A DNA stretch of 64,000 nucleotides from Jiangella alba (GTDB lineage: Bacteria > Actinomycetota > Actinomycetes > Jiangellales > Jiangellaceae). The stretch's first letter is position 1. Each line of letters starts with the position of its first letter. Location: NCBI RefSeq assembly GCF_900106035.1, contig NZ_FNUC01000004.1, forward strand, positions 3,135,722 to 3,199,721. Reading direction: 5' to 3'. The notes under the pieces are model-generated. The model was given only the letters and a program-made list of their open reading frames with translations. It did no database searches and had not been told where the DNA came from. Position numbers and translations under genes: made by a program. This document shows, piece after piece, positions 29,992 to 41,283 of this stretch.

Positions 29992-30252
29992 TCAGAGCGA
30001 GGCGGCCCGCTTCGAGATCGAGGACTTGCGGTTGGCCGCCTGGTTCTTGTGGATGACGCCCTTGGAGGCGGCCTTGTCGAGCTGCCGGTTGGCGGCGCGA
30101 GCGGCCTCGGTGGCCTTCTCGGTCTCGCCGGCGTCGGCGGCCTCGTGGAACCTGCGGATGGCCGTCTTCAGCGACGACTTCACGGCCTTGTTGCGCAGCC
30201 GCGCCTTCTCGTTGGTGAGAATCCGCTTCTTCTGGGACTTGATGTTCGCCAC
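29992..30252 (-). CDS. rpsT: 30S ribosomal protein S20
   Basis: GTG start. (M)[34 protein letters not shown]… 86 aa. The longer track ORF to 30411 is an upstream in-frame extension. Confidence 0.9.
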   Translation of the reverse strand: MANIKSQKKRILTNEKARLRNKAVKSSLKTAIRRFHEAADAGETEKATEAARAANRQLDKAASKGVIHKNQAANRKSSISKRAASL

Positions 30253-30466
30253 GAACTGATGCCTTTGGTCGGTTCGGATAGGTCGTGAGGGCGTCGGCCT
30301 CGTCCGGGACCCGCGCCGGTGGGGAACCGTCGCGGCGGCAAGGAGTTGGCCGGGCGCGTCAACGACCTGGGCCGACGCGCAGCCGCCAACAATACCAGCG
30401 CGGCGGCTCACCAGCCAATTCGGCCCACCCCGGTCGCCGGCGCCGAACGGAGGGCAGGGGAGCGGC

Positions 30467-31042
30467 TCAGCTCCACCCGTAGCGGTCGCGCAGTGCGCCG
30501 ATCACCGCGTCGAACTGGTCGCGGCCGAGCGCCGCCGCCTCGCGCCGCATGCCGTCGGGGTGAACGCGCAGGACCCGGCTGATGTCGACCCAGGACGGAC
30601 GGTGCTCGCCGTCCCAACTGCCGGAGCCGACGCCGACCCAGTCGTGTTCGCCGTCGTGGTTCTTGCTGGTCAACTGGACGGTGAGCACGGTGCCGCCGGG
30701 CTCGCGCGCGACGACGAGGACGGGACGGTCCTTGCCGCGGCCGTCGTTCTCCTCGTACGGGACCCAGGTCCAGACGATCTCGCCGGGATCGGGGTCGCCG
30801 TCGGTGCTCGGGTTGTACGACGTGTGGACCTCGCCGACGGAGTGTGCCTCCGTGGTCGCGTTCCGGCCGAACTGGCCGGGCGACTCCTCGCCCTGATCGC
30901 CGCCGTCTCGGCGGTCGGCGCGCGGTGCCTGACGATCGGCGGGACGAGCCGATGGCCGAGCCTGGCGGTCGTCGTTGCGGTCGGACCGTCGCTTCGGCGG
31001 GGTCAGCAGGGTGCGCACGAGGTCGCGGAGGAGTCGGGCCAC
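30467..31042 (-). CDS. PemK/MazF-like type II toxin with a disordered N-terminal extension
   Basis: C-terminal …[46 protein letters not shown]… matches the MazF/PemK SH3-barrel signature. Confidence 0.55.
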   Translation of the reverse strand: MARLLRDLVRTLLTPPKRRSDRNDDRQARPSARPADRQAPRADRRDGGDQGEESPGQFGRNATTEAHSVGEVHTSYNPSTDGDPDPGEIVWTWVPYEENDGRGKDRPVLVVAREPGGTVLTVQLTSKNHDGEHDWVGVGSGSWDGEHRPSWVDISRVLRVHPDGMRREAAALGRDQFDAVIGALRDRYGWS

Positions 31043-31101
31043 GTCGGCACTGTAGCGCCGCGGCCCGCTGCGGGCCCGCCGTTCGCCGACGATCGAGCCG
31101 C

Positions 31102-31479
31102 TCAGACGTCGCCGCCGGTGTGGCCCGGCCCACCGGACCGGCGCGGCTCGGCGGACGGGCGCGGTCCACTGGACGGGGCCGGCGCGGCGGACGGGGGCGG
31201 CTCGGCGGACGGGCCCGGGCCGCCGGACGAGGGCAGTTCCTCGCCCGGTGGGGACGGCGGGCGGCCGCGGCGGGGGAGCGGACCGGCGTCCTTCGGCTCC
31301 CGCCCGGCCTCCCGCAGCGCGTTGCGCAGCACCAGCTCGACCTGCGCGTTGACGCTGCGGAACTCGTCCTGCGCCCAGCGGGTCAGCGCCTCGTGGACGG
31401 CCGGGTCGAGGCGCAGCAGGACGGCGTGCCGCTCACGCCGCCGCGCCGGGCGGGCGCCGTCGGGCTCGGGGTCGGCCAC
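31102..31479 (-). CDS. Ribbon-helix-helix (Arc/CopG-like) antitoxin with a Pro-rich C-terminal tail
   Basis: …RHAVLLRLDPAVHEALTRWAQDEFRSVNAQVELVLRNALREAGR… Located immediately upstream of the toxin gene on the same strand. Confidence 0.5.
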   Translation of the reverse strand: MADPEPDGARPARRRERHAVLLRLDPAVHEALTRWAQDEFRSVNAQVELVLRNALREAGREPKDAGPLPRRGRPPSPPGEELPSSGGPGPSAEPPPSAAPAPSSGPRPSAEPRRSGGPGHTGGDV

Positions 31480-31484
31480 CGCGA

Positions 31485-32516
31485 TCAGGTGTAGAGGCTG
31501 CCGGTGTTGACGACCGGGGTGGCGCGCTGGTCGCCGCAGAGGACGACGAGGAGGTTCGACACCATCGCGGCCTTGCGTTCCTCGTCGAGCGCGACGACGT
31601 TCTCGCGCTCCAGCCGGGCCAGCGCCAGCTCGACCATGGAGACGGCGCCCTCGACGATGCGTTCGCGGGCGGCGACGATGGCGCTGGCCTGCTGGCGCTG
31701 CAGCATCGCCTGGGCGATCTCCTGCGCGTACGCGAGGTGGCTGATGCGCACCTCCAGGATCTCGACCCCGGCGACGGCGACCCGCGCGGCGACCTCGTGC
31801 GCCAGTTCGTCGGACACGACGTCGGTCGAGCCGCGCAGCGACGTGCCCTGGTCGCTCTGGTCGTCATACGGGTGGGTGGTGGCGACGTGGCGCAGCGCGG
31901 CCTCGGACTGGACCTCGACGAAGTCGCGGTAGTCCTCGACGGCGAACGAGGCGCGCGCGGTGTCGGCGACCTGCCAGACGACGATGGCGGCGATGTTGAC
32001 GGGGTTGCCGTCGGCGTCGTTGACCTTCAGCTCGGTGGTCTCGAAGTTGTTCACGCGCACCGACACCTGACGCCGGGTGCTGAACGGGACGACCCAGACC
32101 AGCCCGGTGCGGCGGACCGTGCCGATGTAGCGGCCGAAGAACAGGATCACCCGCGTCTGTCCCGGCTGGACGACCACCAGCGGCGACGCGAGCAGCGCGG
32201 CCACCAGCAGCGCGGCGACGGCCAGTCCGGCGCGACCGGCCGAGACCCCGGCCCAGTCCTCGGTCTCGAAGGCGTCGCGCACCGACGGCGCCAGCTGGAC
32301 GGCCTGCCAGACGGCGTACGCGGCGGCGGCGAGCGCGAGGAACAACGCGACGAAGCCGCTCATGGCCCACGCGCGGTGTTCGGTGACGTCGACGCGGTGG
32401 CCGGACGTGCCCACCGGCGCCGGCCCGGCCAGACGACCGCCACGCTCGGCACCGTCGCCGTCGCGGGCGCCGCCCCGGACCGCATCGGCGGGCGGGGCCG
32501 TGGGGGTCTCGGTCAT
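31485..32516 (-). CDS. SPFH/band-7 (stomatin/prohibitin-like) membrane protein
   Basis: N-terminal TM helix, then …TRVILFFGRYIGTVRRTGLVWVVPFSTRRQVSVRVNNFETTELKVNDADGNPV…. Confidence 0.8.
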   Translation of the reverse strand: MTETPTAPPADAVRGGARDGDGAERGGRLAGPAPVGTSGHRVDVTEHRAWAMSGFVALFLALAAAAYAVWQAVQLAPSVRDAFETEDWAGVSAGRAGLAVAALLVAALLASPLVVVQPGQTRVILFFGRYIGTVRRTGLVWVVPFSTRRQVSVRVNNFETTELKVNDADGNPVNIAAIVVWQVADTARASFAVEDYRDFVEVQSEAALRHVATTHPYDDQSDQGTSLRGSTDVVSDELAHEVAARVAVAGVEILEVRISHLAYAQEIAQAMLQRQQASAIVAARERIVEGAVSMVELALARLERENVVALDEERKAAMVSNLLVVLCGDQRATPVVNTGSLYT

Positions 32517-32560
32517 GGGTCCTCCAGGTGTCTCGGCCGAGTCCGGCCAACCAGATAGCT

Positions 32561-32574
32561 AAGTGATATCACTT
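32561..32574. promoter_or_regulatory. Perfect 14-bp AT-rich palindrome AAGTGATATCACTT in the divergent SPFH/lepA promoter region
   Basis: Read directly in the sequence. It stands out against about 73% GC. Confidence 0.4.
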
Positions 32575-32684
32575 TTCTGGCACGCCCGCATCGCCGACCA
32601 TGGGATGATGTCTGGTGCGGGCGGGAAACCCCGTCCAGGCCGAGAACGTCCCGAACGACCACCCCGAAGCCCCGAGGAAACTGC

Positions 32685-34531
<1,847 letters not shown>

Positions 34532-34535
<4 letters not shown>

Positions 34536-35086
34536 ACGACCGGCGGCGCGGGCGGGAAGCCGAGGTGCGCGAGCGCCTGGCGCAGCACGATGCCGTGCCC
34601 GCCGAGCATCTCCTTCTGGACGGCGTCGTCGGCGGCGTCCTGCGGTGACAGCCAGATGAGGTCGAGCGCGTCCTGACGGGGCGCGCAGTCGCCGGTGACG
34701 GGGATGACGAACGCCAGCGCGACGGCGTGCTGGCGGGGGTCGTGGTACGGCGTGACGCCCGGCGTGGGCAGGTACTCGGCGACGGTGAACGGCGTCGGCG
34801 ACACCGGGATGCGCGGCAGTGCCAGCGGGCCGAGGTCCTTCTCGATGTGCCGCACCAGCGCGTCGCGGATGCGTTCGTGGAACAGCACCCGCCCGGCCAC
34901 GACCTCGCGCCGGATCTCGCCCTCCGGCGTCGACCGCAGCAGCAGGCCGACCGCCGTCGCGACACCGGAGTCGTCGACGCGTACGGGGACCGCGTTGACG
35001 TAGAGGATCGGGAGCCGACGACGCGCGGTGGCGAGCTCGTCGGGGGTGAGCCAGTTCTCGTGGGAGTCGACGGCGGTCTGGTTCAT
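34532..35086 (-). CDS. Conserved hypothetical protein (possibly DUF4916/Nudix-like), convergent with lepA
   Basis: 184 aa with no strong motif recognised. The 4-nt 3' overlap with lepA suggests a conserved neighbour. Confidence 0.4.
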
Positions 35087-35165
35087 GGGACTGTTCTACA
35101 CAGTCTTGGTGACGACGCGCCGACGACCACGCGAGATGTGACCGACGACCGGTCCGGCAACCCTC

Positions 35166-35194
35166 TTGACACGTGTCCGCAACGTCCCTAAATT
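35166..35194 (+). promoter_or_regulatory. Near-consensus sigma-70-type promoter: TTGACA, 17-bp spacer, TAAATT
   Basis: Read directly in the sequence, about 60-100 nt upstream of the ABC operon. Confidence 0.5.
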
Positions 35195-35241
35195 CTTCGG
35201 TCATACGTAGGAGCGCATCGGCGCATTTTTTTCGGACGCTC

Positions 35242-35257
35242 GCTCATACGTATGCGC
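35242..35257 (+). promoter_or_regulatory. Candidate LacI-type operator gctCATACGTATGcgc (perfect 10-bp core palindrome with central CG), with a half-site-like copy tcatacgtagg at 35201-35211
   Basis: It overlaps the first in-frame ATG of the track ORF and lies between the promoter and the probable real start. Confidence 0.4.
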
Positions 35258-35290
35258 AGTCATCGTTGGAACCCAGCTGGGAGTCCTGAC

Positions 35291-37186
35291 ATGCGAACCA
35301 CGAGACGTGAACTCCGGGTAGGCGGCGCCATGCGAGCGGCCGCCGTGCTCCGGGCAGTTGTGACCGGCCGGCCGGGTGCTGATGGGCCGACCGGGGCGGA
35401 CGCGGCGGCGGGTGCCGGTCGGCGGCGGACGATGCGCCGGGCGAAGGCTGCCGCCGCGGGGAGGAGCCGGGACGGCAGCGGCGCGGCGGGCAGTACCCGC
35501 GGCACGCGCAGGGCAGGCAGTACCCGCGGCGCGGCCCGCGGCACGTGGCGGACGGCGGCGGCCGCGGTGCTGGTGCTCGGTCTCGCGGCCGCGTGCACCG
35601 CCGGCACCACGAACCAGAGCGGCGGCAGCAACGAGAACGGCGGCGGCACGGTCATCTACGGCAAGACCGACGGCGGCACGACGTTCGTGCGGAACTACAA
35701 CGTGATGGGGCCGGCCACCGACAAGGCGCCGCATCCGGAGATGATCTACGAACCGCTCATGCGCATCGACTACGGCAACGGCGCGGTGATCGAGCCGTGG
35801 CTGGCCGAGAGCTGGGAGTTCAACGACGATGGCACGCAGCTGACGATGACGCTGCGCGACGACGTGACGTTCTCGGACGGCGAGGAGTTCACCGCCGACG
35901 ACGTCGTGTACAGCCTGAGCCTGCCGCTGGAGAAGCCGGAGTTCAGCATCGCGGGCGTCACCTACACCGCGGTGGAGAAGGTCGACGACACGACGGTGAG
36001 CGTGACGTTCGCGGAGCCGTCGTTCGCCACGCTCAAGCAGTTCGCCAGCGTCCTGCTGCCGATGGTCCCGGAACACATCTGGACCGCCGAGGACCTGAAC
36101 ACCTGGACCAACCCGGACCCGGTCGGGACGGGGCCGTTCACGCTCGGCGACTTCAAGCCGCAGCAGGTGACGCTGCAGGCGCGGGACGACTACTGGGGCG
36201 GCGACCTGCCGATGGACTCGTTCAAGATCATCCCGACCGGCGAGGCGCTGAAGGCGCAGCTGCTGCGCGGCGAGGTCGACCTCGGGACGGCGTCGTGGGC
36301 GAACGGGGAGGAGGAGTACGTCGGGCAGGACCCGGAGCGGCACCTGTACCAGCTGTACTCCAACGGCGGCGCGATGTCGCTGCTGTTCAACACCGCGAAG
36401 CCGCCGTTCGACGACGTGCACGTGCGGCGGGCGCTGTCGATGACGATCGACCGGACGGCGGTCGTGACGACGCTGCAGCGGCCGGGCACCGAGGCCGGCC
36501 CGACCGGGCTGTCCGAGCAGCTCTACGGCGACTGGATGCGCCCGGAGTACCTGGAGGTGCAGCCGGTGTCGGCCGACGACGCGCTGGCGGAGCTGGCGGC
36601 GGGCGGCTGGACGATCGAGGACGGCGCGCTGGTGAAGGACGGCCAGAGCTACCCGCTGACGATCCTGTTCAACGCCGACTGGGGCTGGGGCAGCTACGCC
36701 GACATCCTCATCAACACCTGGCGCGACACGCTCGGCCTGGAGGTCCAGCCGGCCGGCCAGCCGAGCGCCGGCTACTACGACCAGCAGAACCTCGGCACCT
36801 TCGACATGGTCGCGGCGACGACGGGCGGCGCGGGCATCTACGGCGTCTACAACTTCCTCAGCAGCTCGTTCCTGATGCCGATCGGCGAGTCGGCGTCGCT
36901 GAACGCGGGCCGCTGGAACGACCCGGAGACCGACGAGATCATCACGGCGATGGAGCGCACCGAGGACGTCGACGAGCTCAAGGAGCTGGGGCAGCAGCTG
37001 CAGGACATCGTCGTCGAGGAGGTGCCGTTCAGCCCGATCTACAACAACTACTGGTTCGTCGACATCAACGCGACGCGGTGGACGAACTGGCCGACGCCGG
37101 AGTCGTTCGACCACATCCCGTTCATCGGGATGGGCCCGGACATGACGCTGACCCTGCTCGACCTCGAACCGACGGGCGAGAGCTGA
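35291..37186 (+). CDS. ABC transporter substrate-binding protein, family 5 (Dpp/Opp-like, probable oligosaccharide/peptide binding lipoprotein)
   Basis: SBP_bac_5-type blocks (…YNVMGPATDKAPHPEMIYEPLMRIDY…). Lipobox LGLAAAC. Start uncertain: an unusually long Arg/Ala-rich N-terminal region precedes the lipobox. GGGAG Shine-Dalgarno site before 35291. Confidence 0.75.
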   Translation: MRTTRRELRVGGAMRAAAVLRAVVTGRPGADGPTGADAAAGAGRRRTMRRAKAAAAGRSRDGSGAAGSTRGTRRAGSTRGAARGTWRTAAAAVLVLGLAAACTAGTTNQSGGSNENGGGTVIYGKTDGGTTFVRNYNVMGPATDKAPHPEMIYEPLMRIDYGNGAVIEPWLAESWEFNDDGTQLTMTLRDDVTFSDGEEFTADDVVYSLSLPLEKPEFSIAGVTYTAVEKVDDTTVSVTFAEPSFATLKQFASVLLPMVPEHIWTAEDLNTWTNPDPVGTGPFTLGDFKPQQVTLQARDDYWGGDLPMDSFKIIPTGEALKAQLLRGEVDLGTASWANGEEEYVGQDPERHLYQLYSNGGAMSLLFNTAKPPFDDVHVRRALSMTIDRTAVVTTLQRPGTEAGPTGLSEQLYGDWMRPEYLEVQPVSADDALAELAAGGWTIEDGALVKDGQSYPLTILFNADWGWGSYADILINTWRDTLGLEVQPAGQPSAGYYDQQNLGTFDMVAATTGGAGIYGVYNFLSSSFLMPIGESASLNAGRWNDPETDEIITAMERTEDVDELKELGQQLQDIVVEEVPFSPIYNNYWFVDINATRWTNWPTPESFDHIPFIGMGPDMTLTLLDLEPTGES

Positions 37187-37189
37187 GCC

Positions 37190-37228
37190 CCGCGGGGCGC
37201 GTCCAGCGGCCCCGGACGCGCCCCGCGG
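37190..37228 (+). terminator. Perfect 15-bp GC-rich hairpin (ccgcggggcgcgtcc / ggacgcgccccgcgg, 9-nt loop) directly after the SBP gene
   Basis: No U-tract. It is a probable intra-operon attenuating or mRNA-stabilising structure. Confidence 0.4.
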
Positions 37229-37289
37229 CCAGGGGGTGGCGGACGGATCTTCCGTCAGACACCCCCTAGCGAACGAGAGGAGGGACACG

Positions 37290-38342
37290 ATGGCCACCAC
37301 CCTGACCGCCACCGCGGCGCCGGCCAAGGCGCCGAGAACGCGCCGCCGCTGGGGCTTCCTGGCCCGCCGGCTCGGCTTCTACGCCGTCGCCGCCGCGGCC
37401 GCGATCGTGCTGAACTTCCTGCTCCCGCGGCTGATGCCGGGCGACCCGTCGTCGGCGATCGTGGAGGAGCTGGAGCGGGTCAGCGGGCAGCAGGTGCCGC
37501 CGGAGACGCTGGCGTCGATCCGGGCGATCTTCGGCGACCCGAGCCAGAACCTGGGCGAACAGTTCGTCAGCTACCTCGGCCAGCTCGCGCACCTGGACCT
37601 CGGCGTGTCGATCGTCAACTTCCCGGTCCCGGTCGGCGACCTCGTGTGGCAGGCGCTGCCGTGGACGCTGCTGCTGGTGGGTGTGACGACGGTGCTGGCG
37701 TTCGTCGTCGGCACCGGGCTGGGCGTGCTGGCCGGCTGGAAGGCGGGCAGCCGCTTCGACGCCGTCGTGACGCCGCTGACGACGTTCCTGTCGTCGGTGC
37801 CGTACTTCTGGGTGGCGCTGCTGGCGCTGTGGGTGTTCGGGTTCCTGCTCGGCTGGTTCCCGCTCTCCGGCGGCTACGACCCGAACCTGACGGAGGGCCT
37901 GAACCTCCCGTTCCTGGCCAGCGTGCTGCACTACGGCGCGCTGCCGGCGACGACGATCGTGTTCTCCGCGTTCGGCGGCTGGCTGCTGGGCATGCGCAAC
38001 ATGATGGTGACGACGGTGCGCGAGGACTACGTGCTGCTGGCGCAGGCCAAGGGGCTGGCGCCGGGCCGGGTGATGCTGCGCTACGCCGCCCGCAACGCGA
38101 TGCTGCCGAGCTTCACCGGGTTCGCGATGGCGCTGGGCGGGGTCGTCGGCGGGGCGCTGCTGACCGAGATCGTGTTCAGCTACCCGGGCATCGGCTACCT
38201 CATGTACGAGGCGCTGCAGAAGCGCGACTACCCGATGATGCAGGGCGTCTTCCTGCTGATCACGCTGGCGGTGCTGGTGGCGAACCTGGTGGCCGACTCG
38301 GTGTACGTGCTGCTCGACCCGCGCATCCGGGAACAGGGGTGA
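37290..38342 (+). CDS. ABC transporter permease (DppB-like)
   Basis: Six TM helices and the EAA-loop region. Confidence 0.85.
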   Translation: MATTLTATAAPAKAPRTRRRWGFLARRLGFYAVAAAAAIVLNFLLPRLMPGDPSSAIVEELERVSGQQVPPETLASIRAIFGDPSQNLGEQFVSYLGQLAHLDLGVSIVNFPVPVGDLVWQALPWTLLLVGVTTVLAFVVGTGLGVLAGWKAGSRFDAVVTPLTTFLSSVPYFWVALLALWVFGFLLGWFPLSGGYDPNLTEGLNLPFLASVLHYGALPATTIVFSAFGGWLLGMRNMMVTTVREDYVLLAQAKGLAPGRVMLRYAARNAMLPSFTGFAMALGGVVGGALLTEIVFSYPGIGYLMYEALQKRDYPMMQGVFLLITLAVLVANLVADSVYVLLDPRIREQG

Positions 38343-38348
38343 CGGGCC

Positions 38349-39248
38349 GTGCGTGCTGACCTGCTGCGGGGCTGGAAGGTCCGGTTCGGCCTGGCCGTTC
38401 TCGGGTTCTTCGTGCTGCTGGCGATCTTCGGACCGTGGATCAACGAGTACGTGCTCGGCATCGACCCGCGGGCGAACGACCTCGAGGCGATCTCGGCGCC
38501 GCCGAGCGCGGACCACCTGCTGGGGACGACGCAGTTCGGCCAGGACGTGCTGGCGCAGACCATCGCCGGCGCTCGCGGGTCGATGTTCGTCGGGTTCCTC
38601 GCGGCGACCATCGGGACGCTGATCGCGGTGCTGGTGGGGGTACCGGCCGGGTACTTCCGCGGCGGCGTCGACAACGGACTGAACTTCCTCACCAACCTGT
38701 TCCTGGTCATGCCGGTGCTGCCGCTGATTCTCATCGTGGCCGGCTACATGCAGGGCACCGGACTGTGGATGATCGCGCTGATCGTCGGCCTGTTCGGCTG
38801 GTCCGGCGGGGCGCGGACGCTGCGCGCGCAGGCGCTGAGCGTCAGCAGCCGCGACTTCGTGCTGGCGATGCGGATGCTCGGCGAGCCGCACCGGCGGCTG
38901 ATCTTCTTCGAGGTGCTGCCGCACCTCACCGGCTGGATCGCGGCGATGTTCCTGCACGGCATCATCGGCGGCGTCATGGCCGAGGCCGGGCTGGCCTTCC
39001 TCGGCATCTCCGACTCCGGCGCGATCAGCTGGGGCACCATGATCCAGGCGGCGCAGCAGCAGAGCGCGGTCCTGCGCGGCTTCTGGTGGTGGTTCGTGCC
39101 GCCGGGGCTGTGCATCGCCCTCATCGGCACCGCCGCGACGCTGGTGAACTTCGGCGTCGACGAGCTGTCCAACCCGAAGCTGCGGCAGGCCCGGCGCTCG
39201 GTGGTCAAGCGGACGAAGACGCTGCGCGCGGCGGGGAGTGAGGCGTGA
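38349..39248 (+). CDS. ABC transporter permease (DppC-like)
   Basis: Polytopic membrane protein in the BPD-transp_1 family. Confidence 0.85.
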   Translation: MRADLLRGWKVRFGLAVLGFFVLLAIFGPWINEYVLGIDPRANDLEAISAPPSADHLLGTTQFGQDVLAQTIAGARGSMFVGFLAATIGTLIAVLVGVPAGYFRGGVDNGLNFLTNLFLVMPVLPLILIVAGYMQGTGLWMIALIVGLFGWSGGARTLRAQALSVSSRDFVLAMRMLGEPHRRLIFFEVLPHLTGWIAAMFLHGIIGGVMAEAGLAFLGISDSGAISWGTMIQAAQQQSAVLRGFWWWFVPPGLCIALIGTAATLVNFGVDELSNPKLRQARRSVVKRTKTLRAAGSEA

Positions 39249-40282
39249 TGACGGAGTCGGCGACCCTGGGCACGACGGCGACACCGGCGGCCGCGCCGTC
39301 CGGCGTCGTGCTGGAGGTCCGCGGCCTGGACGTCGAGTACGCCACCGGCGACGACCCGGTCCGGGCCTGCGTCGACGTGTCGTTCACGCTGCACCGCGGC
39401 GAGATCCTCGGCGTGGCCGGCGAGTCCGGCTCGGGCAAGTCGACGCTGATCACGGCGTTGACGCGGCTGCAGCGACCGCCGGCGGTGACGTCGGCCGGGC
39501 AACTGCTCTACCACCCGCGCGACGGCGGGCCGCCGGTCGATCTGGTGACGCTGTCCGGCCGCGAGCTGCGCCGGTTGCGCTGGACCACCCTGTCGATCGT
39601 GCTGCAGAGCGCCATGGACGCGCTCAACCCGGTCATGCGGGTGGGCGCGCAGTTCGTCGACGCGCTGCGGACGCACGACCGGCGGCTGGACAAGCGGGCC
39701 GCGTGGGAACGGGCGGCCGAGCTGCTCGGCATGGTCGGTGTGTCGGCCGACCGCGCCCGTGCCTACCCGCACGAGCTGTCCGGCGGCATGCGCCAGCGCG
39801 CCAGCATCGCGCTCGCGCTGGCCTGCCGGCCCGACCTCGTGGTCATGGACGAACCGACGACGGCCGTCGACGTCGTCATGCAGCGCCAGACCCTGGCGCA
39901 GGTGCTGCGGCTGCGGCGCGAGCTCGGCTTCGCCGTCGTGTTCGTGACGCACGACCTGTCGCTGCTGCTGGAGCTGGCCGACCGCGTCGCGATCATGTAC
40001 GCCGGGCGCATCGTCGAGCTGGGCACGTCGGCGTCGCTGTACGAGGAACCGCGGCACCCGTACACCCGGGGGCTGCGCGACTCGTTCCCGCCGCTGCGGG
40101 CGCCGCTGCGCCGGCTCACCGGCATCAGCGGCAGCCCGCCGGACCTGCGCCGCCCGCCGTCGGGCTGCCCGTTCCACCCGCGCTGCGGGCAGCGGTTCGA
40201 CGGCTGCGACGAGCGGCTGCCGGTCCTGCGCGACGTCGGCGGCAACGACGTCGCCTGCCACCTCTACCCGGAAGGGAGCTGA
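39245..40282 (+). CDS. ABC transporter ATP-binding protein (DppD-like)
   Basis: Walker A GESGSGKST. Signature LSGGMRQR. Oligopeptide-type C-terminal domain. Confidence 0.9.
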   Translation: MMTESATLGTTATPAAAPSGVVLEVRGLDVEYATGDDPVRACVDVSFTLHRGEILGVAGESGSGKSTLITALTRLQRPPAVTSAGQLLYHPRDGGPPVDLVTLSGRELRRLRWTTLSIVLQSAMDALNPVMRVGAQFVDALRTHDRRLDKRAAWERAAELLGMVGVSADRARAYPHELSGGMRQRASIALALACRPDLVVMDEPTTAVDVVMQRQTLAQVLRLRRELGFAVVFVTHDLSLLLELADRVAIMYAGRIVELGTSASLYEEPRHPYTRGLRDSFPPLRAPLRRLTGISGSPPDLRRPPSGCPFHPRCGQRFDGCDERLPVLRDVGGNDVACHLYPEGS

Positions 40283-40287
40283 CCGCC

Positions 40288-41283
40288 ATGGCACCGGTGC
40301 TGGAGGCGCGGGACGTGTCCAAGCACTTCACCGTGCGCAGCGCGCTCGGCAGCTCGGCCGTCGTCCGGGCGGTCGAGGACGCGACGGTCGCGCTGGAGCC
40401 GGGCGAGATCGTCGCGCTGGTCGGCGAGAGCGGCAGCGGCAAGACGACGCTGGCGCGGCTGCTGGCCCGGTTCTACGAGCCGACGAGCGGCGAGATCCGG
40501 CTGAACGGGACGGCGGTCGACGGCGCCGGGCGGCGGGCCGGGCGCGAGTACCACCGCGACGTCCAGCTGATCTTCCAGGACCCGTTCGGCTCGCTGAACC
40601 CGCTGCACCGCGTCCGCTACAACCTGGAGCGGGCGCTGCGGCTGCACCACGGCGTCCGCGACAAGGCCGAGCGCGGCCGCCGCGTCGTGGAGCTGCTGGA
40701 ACGGGTCAGCCTGACCCCGGTCGAGCAGTTCATCGACAAGTTCCCGCACGAGCTGTCCGGCGGGCAGCGGCAGCGCGTCGTCATCGCCCGCGCGCTCGCG
40801 GTCGAGCCGAAGGTGCTGCTCGGCGACGAGCCGATCTCGATGCTGGACGTGTCGATCCGGCTGGAGATGCTCAACCTGCTGGACCGGCTGCGCACCGAGG
40901 ACGGGCTGGCGCTGCTCTACATCACCCACGACATCGCCAGCGCGCGCTACCTGTGCGACCGGATCGTGGTGATGTACGCGGGCCGCATGGTCGAGGGCGG
41001 CCCGAAGGAGGACGTCATCGCGAACCCGCGGCACCCGTACACGCGGCTGCTGATCGACTCGTCGCCGGACCCGGCGCGGGCGGCCGGCGACCGGGCGGAA
41101 CTGTTCGGCGCCGACGCCGGCGAGCTGGGCGAGCCGCCCAGCCTCATCGACCCGCCGGCCGGCTGCCGGTTCCATCCGCGCTGCCCGTTCGCGATGGACC
41201 GCTGCCGCACCGAGGCGCCGCCCCGGACGGAGCTGAGCAACGGCCAGTGGACGCACTGCTGGCTGGAAGAGGGGGAGAAGTGA
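40288..41283 (+). CDS. ABC transporter ATP-binding protein (DppF-like)
   Basis: Walker A GESGSGKTT. Signature LSGGQRQR. Confidence 0.85.
   Translation: MAPVLEARDVSKHFTVRSALGSSAVVRAVEDATVALEPGEIVALVGESGSGKTTLARLLARFYEPTSGEIRLNGTAVDGAGRRAGREYHRDVQLIFQDPFGSLNPLHRVRYNLERALRLHHGVRDKAERGRRVVELLERVSLTPVEQFIDKFPHELSGGQRQRVVIARALAVEPKVLLGDEPISMLDVSIRLEMLNLLDRLRTEDGLALLYITHDIASARYLCDRIVVMYAGRMVEGGPKEDVIANPRHPYTRLLIDSSPDPARAAGDRAELFGADAGELGEPPSLIDPPAGCRFHPRCPFAMDRCRTEAPPRTELSNGQWTHCWLEEGEK

Noticed and set aside
29992-30411. 139-aa extended form of ribosomal protein S20
   Set aside because: The conserved S20 sequence begins at the internal GTG (MANIKSQKK…). The upstream extension is non-conserved.
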